Source: Hydrolagus colliei | Taxonomy: Eukaryota | Assembly: GCA_035084275.1 (NCBI GenBank) | Contig: CM068745.1 | Location: 82,522,001 to 82,586,000, forward strand | Direction: 5' to 3' | DNA: 64,000 nucleotides | Shown: in pieces, positions 1 through 10,700 of the stretch | Position numbering within the stretch: the stretch's first letter is position 1 | How the letters are laid out: each line of letters starts with the position of its first letter | Translations under genes and position numbers: made by a program | Notes under the pieces: model-generated | What the model saw: only the letters and a program-made list of their open reading frames with translations | What the model was told of the DNA's origin: nothing | The model's database searches: none

Positions 1-329
1 ATGTTATATTTAATCTGCCACCTTCTTGCCCACTCGCCTATAGCCTATCTAGATCCCTGTTGCATTTTTTTTGTGTGCTATCCTCGGTGTTTATTCTACC
101 TCCTAGTTCAGTGCCAGTGTTGAAATCAAACCATGGGTTTCTCTGCATATCTAATAACTGATGAAGAGAACCAGAGATGTTACATAAGAACGTAAGAATT
201 AGGATCAGGCCCCACCTGGCATTTGACGCGGCTGATCCGAACTTCAGTTTGTGCCTCAATACATTACTCCCTGATCTTAGTGTGTGCGGGCTTGAGACAT
301 GTTCTCACCGTCCTTTCAGTCTGTCGAAA

Positions 330-965
330 GAGCATCTGGTTTTGGGAATGTTAAACGACTTCCTCTCCCCATCTGGATCTTTACCTCCCGGCTTGACTAT
401 GCAAATGCCTTGCTGGTCGCCCTACCCAATTCCTCTCTCCCCTTGCTGCAGATAATCCAGAACTCTCTGGCCCGTGTCCTCTACCGTTCCAAACTCTGTG
501 ACCCCATCTCCCCCGTCCTTGCCTGACTCCATTGGCTCCCCATCATCCAGAGGATCCAATTCAAGATCCTGGTCCTCACACTTAAAGTCCTCCACAACCT
601 CGCCCCACCCTACATCCGTGACCTCCTATCCCCTTACCAACTTGCCCGCCCCCTCCGCTCAGCAGGCTCTGGCCCGCTTCACATCCCCCGACCCACCCGT
701 CCCACCATTGGAGGGTGAGTCTTCAGTCACTCTGCCCCCAACCTCTGGAACTCCATCCCGCAGTCCCTCCGCCTCGCTCGCCCCCTCCGTGGCCTCTTTC
801 AAGTCTCGCCTTAAAACTTTCCTCTTCGGTGGACCCATCGGCAACTCCTCCCCCTTTCCCCCCCTCCACCCCTGTCCTCCGCTCGGGTCTGAAGCAGTAT
901 CTGTCCAGCGTCTTGGGACGTCCTCCTGACGTGAAAGGCTCTAAAAATGTAATTTTACAGTTGTT
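330..965 (+). mobile_element. L2 LINE 3' fragment
   Basis: Frameshifted RLDYANALL...IIQNSLARV...LHWLP segment. Conserved tail cagcgtcttgggacgtcctcctgacgtgaaaggc ending in (TTG)n. Confidence 0.85.
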
Positions 966-1249
966 GTTGTTACCTCACATGAAAGGACAAGATACAAATG
1001 CAACCTGTTGTTGTTTCCTTGATTTTCCGACTCCCTCCGTTTCTCTTTCTCTCTCTCTCACACACACACACACACCCTGTCTCTTAAGTGTTTTCTCTCT
1101 TATTCATTGTACTTCAACTTCACAGACAGTGAGGGCTGCTTTTCTCACAGCCACTCCCCCAATTGTGATCCATTTGTATTATGGAGACTTCAGTAGTTTT
1201 TATTGAACAGGTGCCAAGTTTACATGGAACGGGCATGAAAAAACACTGA

Positions 1250-1646
1250 AACCTGTTTACATGAATAACTCCCACTTCGGTGAGGAGTACACCCTAAAGG
1301 AATTTTGACTTCAGTCAACTTCTCACTCGATAAGTTTTTAGGCTTCGGTGATTGAGACCGGCTGAGTATCTTATTCTGCTGAGCTGTCCTGCGCCTTCTG
1401 AAAGAGACCTTGTCAAGAGGAAACTGGCCGATTTCTTCAGACATCAGAAACGTGATTGATTGATTGATTGATTGATCGATCTAAACTTGACAAGAGGAAA
1501 TCTGCCGCTCGCCTCCGACCTTGAGTGGGTTAATGTTGCTGACTGTACTTCTGCTGAAAGACTGCGTGTGTTAAGTTCACTGCACACACTTCCTAGTTTC
1601 CTTATTGTCTTAACGTTGTGCTTTGCAGAGTTGCACAGACTCGCCC
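1250..1646 (+). promoter_or_regulatory. Putative promoter/5'UTR with duplicated ETS/PU.1-like boxes around a (GATT)n microsatellite
   Basis: cttgtcaagaggaaac at 1409-1424 and cttgacaagaggaaat at 1486-1501. (GATT)n at 1454-1475. acttcct near 1588. Confidence 0.35.
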
Positions 1647-1731
1647 ATGGCAGCAATGGAGCGAAACTGGTTGAAAAAGTCACCCTTCGAACTCGCAAGC
1701 CTGCTGGCGTTTTCGCTGATCTTCTCGCTGG
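1647..1731 (+). CDS. Exon 1: signal-peptide exon [28 protein letters not shown](G)
   Basis: ATG at 1647 and a second ATG at 1656 in stronger Kozak context (gcaATGG). Hydrophobic stretch. Donor G|GTGAGT at 1731/1732, phase 1, joins in frame to exon 2. Confidence 0.85.
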
Positions 1732-4700
1732 GTGAGTGTATGTGGACCTTTCATTATTCCTCAGCCTGTTTGATAGTGAAACGAGTGAGGAGGCTGCGTT
1801 TGCTTCCCTTTTGGAAGAAATGCTTCCAACCCTTCCCTCCTGAGTTGTAAATCGATTGCAGAGATTCTGGCACTCCAGAGCTGCACCTTTTCAGCCTGCT
1901 GAACTGGAGATAATTACCAGTGTGGGGGGTTTTTTGCAAACCTGTAAACCTGAACAGTGACTGTGGTGTAACAGAGGGAAAGCTGTTGCCTACTTCTCTG
2001 GTGACTCCCTCACCTTCAGCTAAAATAAGAGTGAAAATACATTTACATTATCTATCTCCACTTTTCAATGCGCAGCCCTGAGGTTGATAGGCATCGCAAA
2101 GCGCTCAGAGGCACTACCTCTAGTCAAGGGTGCTATAATAATATAATAATAATCCTTGCATTTGATATAGCGGCTTTTCACGTCTTCTGGACTGTGTCTC
2201 AAAGCGCTTCACTGTACTGTAAAGTGAATTTGACTGTATATATTTGTGGGCGAAACACGGCAGCCAATTGCGCACAGCAGCGTCCCCCCCACACACAAAC
2301 ATCTGTGGATTGAAAATGACCAATTTTCTTTTGCGGGATTATTATTACGAGGTTGGTGGAATAAGTATACAGCACAGCAACGAGTTATGGAGCAATTAAA
2401 ACACCTAAAACAGTATGTGCCTTTTTGCATTCAGAGATTTGTGGGGCTGCCATAGGGCTACCTTGCTGCTTTTTGTCATTATTGGAGCTGGTGAAGTCTG
2501 CTCAGTGACATCTCCCAGGATTTACTGGCAGTCGCTGGCGAATATTTCTCCTTAAACCCGGCGTCGCAAATGGCAATGTTTTTGTTTTTTGCACGAGCGA
2601 CACTGCACCTAGCCCGGGGAGTTATTGCGAGTTGTTGTGTGAATTTCACAACCTAATAAGAGTGATAAATCTTTTGCATTCGATATAGAGTGTGCTTTTC
2701 ACATCTTCTAAATGTCTCAAAAGCGCTTCACAGAGTATGCTGTCAAGTGAATTGACTGTAATTTAAAAAATGGACAAAATTGCACACAGCAGTGTCCCAC
2801 AAACAATCGTGGATTGAAGTGACCAATTTTTTAATTTTTTTTCAAGGGATTATTATTAATAGGCGTGTGCAGTAAGGAAACTTGCCCAGGAAGATTTTGC
2901 CCTGCCTGTAATTGAACCCAGTTCACTCGCTTGCAAGGCAAATCCCTCTAACCACTGAGCTGCAGGACTGCAACATACTTAATAATACTAATAATAATCC
3001 TTGAATTTTATATAGCGGCTTTTCACATCATACCGACATCTCAACACGCTTTACAGAATATACTGTAAAGTGAATTGACTGTATATATGTTTGTAGATCA
3101 TAAGAATATTTGAATCATAAGTAAAAAAAGCTGAATAAAAGTAGGAACTGTTTGCGTACACACTGATTAGCAAACCAATATCAAGGAGTGGAGTTATGTA
3201 GCTCAGCGGTTAGAGTGCTTGTCTCATAAGTGAGAGGACCTGGGTTCATCTCGAGGACGTCTCGAAGCTGCATCAAATGCAAGGATTATAATTTATTATT
3301 AATGTTACAAGCCTGTAGTCACTTAAAGAATCTGATCGATTGCGTGAGCTGTAAGCTTTGCAGTCTTAACCCTACTTTATGTTTACTGCTTGGTACTCTA
3401 TTCTCTCTGTGATCCATTAGGAACTTTCAGTCGCCTGAAGCGAGCGGTTTCCTTCACACTGTTTAGTGTTCACTGAGAGATAAACTTTAAGGATTGAGAA
3501 ATTGTCGTGGCAAATTTATTATTTTTTTGCTGTGTTGGCACTGGAATGGATTTGGATTCGAATTTTGCACAAGAGATTCACACTTTCAGCGCATATTTCG
3601 GCCCCACAAATAGACAGCCAATTCACTTGCACACTATATTCTGTGAAGCGCTTTGAGATGTCGGTAAGATGTGAAAAGCGCTATATCAAATGCAAGGATA
3701 ATTATTATTATTATGTTAAGGTGAAAGTGCAGTTGGGTGAGTTAGATTGAATGACTTACAACAACAACAACAACAACAAAATTACATTTGTATAGCTCCT
3801 TTCACATCAGGAGGACGTCCCAAGGCGCTGGACAATTACTGCTTCAGACCCGAGCTGAGGAAAGGGTGGGGTGGGGACGCGGTGGGTGGGGGGTGGGTGG
3901 AGGAGTTGCCGATGGGTCCATCAAAGAGGTACAGCCGAGCAATGGACACTAGAGAAAGATGGGAGGCAGCTTTGTGCAATGGAACCCGAGATCCTCATTC
4001 GAACAGGAAGATCCTCATTTGAAAGTGGCCATGACAGGGTTCGCTTTTTGCCAATCCTTTTGTGAACCACATCACATTGCTACGTACAAAATCTGCCAGG
4101 TACAAAATTATTTAGTTTGTAAATAAGTACAAAAATAACTTTGCAAATCCATCTAATCAGGCAGACGGAATATCTATTTAATGTCTCATCAGTCCTCCGT
4201 AAAATTCTTAAGCTCGGGCTTTTTGCGAAGAAACAGCAGAAACAGCTTCCAAATTAACACTGAATTTCACACAATTTCATCCAATCTTCAAACTTTTAGG
4301 AGAAAATGGCCTTTCTTGCCCGAGGGTGCCCCCCAAAAAATGACTGTCTTCTCTGGTGCGGCTTTACTTGTTTTGCTTGAAACTGTATCTTTCAAATGTG
4401 CACCTCAAGGTTCATGGCTGGTATGAATCATGTCAAAAGCTGACTTGAGATATACTACTATTGTTTGATTACCTCAGCCTTGAATGAGCAGCTGCAAGGA
4501 TTGCAACTCTCCACACCCTCTCTACGTCTGGGCTTCCAGAAGGAACTTGGAAGAAATAACGTCATGGCTGATGACATCTCTGCGTGATGAACTCAAGCCC
4601 ACACATGCTTACCTAGGAACCAATTTTTGTTTTTAGGTGTGTTCATTGCAAAATTTTACTTTAATCCATCACTTCCAGCTTTTGGTTGAACGCACATTGA

Positions 4701-7700
4701 GACCATGTCGGGGAGGAGGAGCTGGGATCAGACAGTGGGGAGGCAGAACCAAGGATTCAGTAGATGGCAATTCATCATCTCCCTATAAAAATAACAATTG
4801 CATTTATATAGTGACCTTCATGGAGGTTAGGGCCCCAAAGCACTATGCCCTTGCACCCTCTTCCTCCAGTCTTCCTTGTTCAGATCCACCCTCTTCCTTT
4901 GCCTATACTTCACCCACAAATACAGTCAGTTCACTTTACAGTATATTCTGTGAAGCACATTGAGACACAGTCGATAAGATGTGAAAAGCACTATATCAAC
5001 CATCGGTGGCCGGGCTTTCAGCCTCTCTGCTCCCACACTGTGGAACTCCATCCCGCAGCCCCTCCGCCTCGCTTCCTCCCTTTCCTCCTTCAAGGCCGGT
5101 CTCAAGACCTTCCTCTTTGACTGCCCCCCACTAACTCTTCCCTCTCTCCCACTCTCCTTCCCCTTTCCCCTACTTCGACCCTCCCCGCCCACCCTCGCCC
5201 AGGTCCCGACTTGACTGTTCAGCGCTTTGGGACGTCCTCCCAACGTGAAAGGCGCTATGTAAGTGCAGTTTGTGGTTTTGTTGTTGTTCTTGTTGTTGTA
5301 TATCAAAATGCAAGGATTAATATTATTTACCTACATCTTTTGCTCATTCAAACCCCACCTTAAAACTCTCTTACCCTCTAAACCATTTCCATTGCGTCCA
5401 TTTTGGACTCCCTCCCCACATCCCTTTGCACAATGTTACCTTACTGCCTCCACTTCCCTCCCTTCCGCACTTTCTTTCTTTGCTTCCCTTTGGCAGGTGT
5501 AACCCTTACTTCCTTGTTTTCTGAGGTTGAGATTCTCACAGCCTCCTGACCCACTATTCACCAGTCTTAAATACTGTACAAGGGAACCGTTTCTCCCTGG
5601 TCACCCTCAGGTCTCACCTCAGCAGCGCACACAAACAGCTGAGGGGGGGAGGAGGCTTAGATGAGTGAGATTGTGTTAGAAGATTAACGTATGGAGGAGT
5701 GAAAGTCGGAAGTATTTTATTTACAACAAAAAAGATCCCTTTATTGCCAGTTGGAACTTGCAAACAGCAAATGGTCAGCTGAAAGAAATTGCTGTCTGGT
5801 GGCAATTTGAAGCGATTAACTTTAGGCCATTAACTGAAACCAAGAGCAATTTTGCTAGTCATGATACTGTATTATTGAGTGTGTATGTTGGAAAAGCAGT
5901 ATTAGTGGCGTTAAGTGTTATATCCACTCTGTAAAACTTCCTGTATCAAACGTCATGATTATCAGCAATAATACTCAATAATTATTATTCTAAACATATG
6001 TGCAACAGCGACCTACGGTCTTGCCTTCGACATGTTTCCCACATTTTCCTGTGGTGTCAACAACTACTCGCAATTATACAGAGCTTGGTTTGTGTAGTTA
6101 AACAGACTGAGCCAGCGCCTTGGGACACTCTCCCAAAATGAAAAGCACTTTACAAATCTCCTTTGTTGGTGTTGTTGTGGGGGGGTGGTGGGAGGGAGAA
6201 TAATAATCCTAATAATCTATTTGATATAACGCTTTATAATGCCATTGAGACATCTCAAAAGTGCTTCACAGGATAATAATAAATAATCCTTGCATTTGAT
6301 ATAGCGCATTCCACATCTTATCAACGTCCCAAAGCGCTTCACAGAATATACTGTAAAGTGAATTGACTGTATATATTTGTGGGTGAATCGCGGCAGCCAA
6401 TTGCGCACAGCAGTGTCCCACACACAGTCGTGGATTGAAATGACCAATTTTATTGTTGTAGGTTTTTTTGGGGAGGGATTATTATCAGGCGTGTGTGTGG
6501 AGTAAGGAAACTTGCCCAAGGTTTGGCCCTGACCTGCCTGGATTCGAACACAGGTCTCCCCAGCTTGGTCTCCCCAGCTTGCAAGACAAGTGCTCTAACC
6601 ATTAAGCCACAGGAGCTCAGTTGACTGTATTTGGTGGGGTGTGGGGGGTCGGAGGGGAAGAGAGGTAGGAGGGAGGTGACTGAAGATGCAATCAAAGAGG
6701 TTGATTTTCTCTTTGAGAGTTTGAAAATCACTTCAATTACTTTCTTTTAAAAAAGAAGTTTTCAAACTCTCTCACTCAAGATAATACCATCGGAAGGATA
6801 TAAATTGTGGGTGGGGGGGAGGTTTATCGTAATCTTCTCTGCTGGTTACTTCCTCCATAAAATTCTGCAAAGTGCTTTTAGATGTCTAACTTCTGATGCA
6901 AAAAAACACACATCAAAGACCAAGATTATTCTTAATAACATTGAAATAATACTTAATAATTACCATTCTGACTTTAGCCGTTGTCTAACGCTGATTTAAT
7001 CACAGAAATTCGTCTCAAAAGGAAACCTGAATGGCCTAGCTCCAAACCATTTTCGCAGATAGATTTCTGCAGCTTTGTCTGAGGTTTCGGCAGCAGGTCA
7101 GAAAAAGAGGAAATTGAGACCCACTTGAACAACAGAAATGTTCATGATTTGTCTATTAGGCTATGGGGAGCGGGCAGGGCAGTGGGATTGAATCGCTCTT
7201 TTCAAAGAGCCGGCACAGACTAGATGGGCCGAATGGCCTCCTTTTGTGCCGTAAAATTCTATGAATCTATGAATCTATTTCAGAGTCCACACATTTAACC
7301 ATTTACTGAGCTCGCTGGCAAAACCTCTGACATGAATAATGGTCGCATCAGTGAGTCAACCTGTATCTACACCAGTATAGCATATCTAACAAGGGCAGGG
7401 TGTGTGTGTGGGGTGGGGGGGGGGGGGGGAGAGTTGGGGGGTTGGTGGGTGGGTAGGAAGTCAAGTCACCTTTAGAAGAGAAATAAGGGAAAATGGAAAT
7501 TCAGATGAGAAGTCAAACAAATGCAGTTGACAATGGTTTTTCAGAAATTGTCAGTCGTGGGCGATGGCAGTTAGCCGTCCGGATGCAGAATTTTTAATTA
7601 AAAAAAACATCTTTTTAATTTTTTCATCTTTTTAATTCAATTTTTTAAAAAAAATTAATCTCAATGTCTAAATTGAATTAACCTATGTTTTATACCTTGA

Positions 7701-10700
7701 TGCAGATCTGTGTGTTGCACAAAGGGTTGTGAGTTTACAGAAAAGCCCCCTTGTGCGTGTTGAAGGGCACCATATAACCATCCAATGTGACGTGAGTGGT
7801 TATCAAGGATCCAACGGCCAGAACTTTGATTTTTCCATCTTTCGACCCGATAAACCTAAAGTGAAATTCCAGATTATCAGCACCCATGATCCAAACTTCT
7901 CTTACGCTTCACACGGAGCCAGAGTGCGGGACCAGAAGATCTACATCGAGAGACTGGCAGGAGACTCGGCGCTGTTACACATTACAAACCTGGAAACAAA
8001 GGACCAAGGGTTGTATGAGTGTTCCACCCCAAACACAGACAGTATTTACTGGGGGTCCTACAATGCTTTGATGAATTTGACAGGTGAGTTTTCCAACCAT
8101 TTTCACATTTTTTAATTGAATGCAAGTTCACAGGCTCATACTGTATGTAAGCCAGTGTGGTTCCCAACCTTTTTTTTTGCTACGACCCTAAATTGCCCAT
8201 CAACACATCCTCCCGACCCTTAGGGGGTGACATAGCGACTGAAGCCAAGCTCAGCCAAGACGATATCTCCCGTCGCTTTTGTGAACTCAGCGCAACTCGC
8301 TAGTACGGTCGTTCGTACAAATCGGTCGGCAGTGTCGCTTCGGGCACTTTTCAGCATTAAAAAAATAAAAAAATAAAAATGAAAATTCTGATGTAACCTT
8401 CACGACCCTGATTTGGGTTGGGACCCGAGGTTGGGAACCACTGCTGTAAGCATTCGGCCCAATTCTATACGTTCCCTGACTGTTCGGTTTCGCTTGATGT
8501 AAAGTTTCCTGTGCATATTTTGTCGTCATTTGGTAGCAAAATAATTAGTCGTTTGTATCTTTTAAGCAACAAATAATTACATTTCTATATAGAAGTCTAT
8601 AAACAGCCACTCTGCACGTGCTAGCCCTTGCTCAATACATGTGATCTTACAGTCATTCCAGACACGCTCAGTGCGATGTCGGTACCTCAGACCCTGAGCA
8701 AAGTCGAAGGAGACACTCTGGAGCTGCTGTGTGAGGCGTCAAAGCAAACCTTACAGCACACGCACATAGCCGTCTCCTGGTACCTACAGAAGGGAGGTCA
8801 GAATCTCAAGGTCATCTCTCTGACCCAAGAACTTATTCTGGAGGCTGGAGAAGCATACAAGCAAAGGCACTCATCAGGTGATATACGCTTGGACAAGATT
8901 GGAGCCACTTCCTACAAATTGACCATCTACAATGTGCAGACATCGGATGAGGGGGAGTTTCATTGTCAAGCCAATGAGTGGATCCAAGACCCGGACTTGA
9001 CCTGGTATGATCTGAACGAGAAGGACGCAGACAAAACTGTGGTGAACGTTAAAAGCATAGGTAAGGCTTGCGGCTTCCTTAAATATAGTCAGAATCAGTT
9101 TAGGTGATTTCCACACCCACCCCACCACCCCCAATGCGGTCTAAGTTGTTATATTTCTTCCTGGGATTTAAAGGAATCCTAATCAGTCAATTGCAAACAG
9201 TCATTGATTAAATGACTAAATTATCCACCAACCCACCTATCTACTGACCTACCTATCCACCCACCTATTCACCCACCCACACCCCCCACTCCATCCATCC
9301 AGCCATCCATCAGGAAGGAAAAATGTTAAGCAATATTGCAATTTAGACTACACCTGCATAAGGTATTTACTACATCATTTCATGGAAAAGTCCCCAACAT
9401 TTATTGGAATATTAGAATTTATGTTTTTCTCTGTATTCTGGGTGTTAATTACGTTTGAATAGATTTCTAATTTCTACAGAAATAGGACAGCATAACCTAC
9501 ATGCACATGAAATACATCAAGTTATGTAATGTACTGCGCCACTATTCTCACTGCTGCTGCAGTAATGGGTGTTATTCCAGAGATGAAGCAATTGCTAAAT
9601 TCCTTTCCTTGAGATAATGAGCGGTGCGTGTTTGGCTGATAATTTCTCCATTTGCCTCTTCACAAAATAACTAGGCTTTTTTTTAAAAACGCCCACATTG
9701 ATATGGAGATAAATGTTTCATCCACTTTCAATAAAGTTAATTCCTTACACAAATTGCTCGCTTAGCATCTCAGTAATAACCCACTAATGTCTTTCTTCTG
9801 AAACATAGAAACATAGTTAGGAAGATAGGAAAATAGACACAGCAGGGGGCCATTCAGCCCATCGAGCCTACACCAACAATTTATTAGATCTTGATAGATC
9901 TTCCAAAGCCCCACACTTTCACTGTACACCTTAATTTCACCCACAAAATATACAGTCAATTCACCTTACATTATATGAAGCGCTTTGAGATGACTCAATG
10001 ACGTGATAATGTACTATATCAAATACAATAAATATTATTTTAAATACAGTATTATTAAAATATTATTATCAGTAGTAGGGAGTAGTACCTCTACTACCCA
10101 AATATATCTTGACTCCGCAAGGTCAGAAAAACAATTGCAAAATCTATGTTTAGGTAATGCAGAGATAGTCCGAGTGACTCTCCAATAGAAAGGTGCCATT
10201 TACCAGGAACCGAGTTGGTCCTGGAGCTCAGTGCCTGGTAAGTGAGTGACCCTGGGTTTTCGATTTCCATGCAGGGCCAAACCTAGGGCAAGTTTCCTTA
10301 ATCCACCCTCCTCCACATAATAATTCCCTCAAGAAAAAATACATAATTTGGTCACTCAATCCACAACTGTTTGTGGGACATTGTTCAGTGCTCAGTTGAC
10401 TGCAGTGTTTTGGCCACAAATAAACAATTAATTCACTTTACAATATTTACAACCCTGACGTAGGGTTGTAGACCCGAAACATTGACTCCTTTTCCTTTCT
10501 CCATGGATGCTGTTTGACCTGCTGAGTTTTCCCAGCAACTTTTGTTTTTGTTTCAGATTCCCAGCGTCTGTAGTATTTTGTGTTTTTCACTGTACAATGT
10601 GTTCTGTGAAGTGCTTTGAGACGCCTAGAAAAACGAGAAAAGCGCCATATCAAATGAAAGGATTGTATTTTATTATATTTGCATGTCTACTTGTCAGTGA

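Noticed and set aside
7405-7460. G-tract/G-quadruplex upstream of exon 2, and poly-C runs near 41700 and 48890
   Set aside because: Simple low-complexity runs that are common in this window and prone to sequencing error. No specific function is supported.
8874-9134. Antisense ORFs over Ig exons (also 18153-18554, 19929-20174, 24218-24508)
   Set aside because: They are shadows of the sense coding exons and show no recognisable features.
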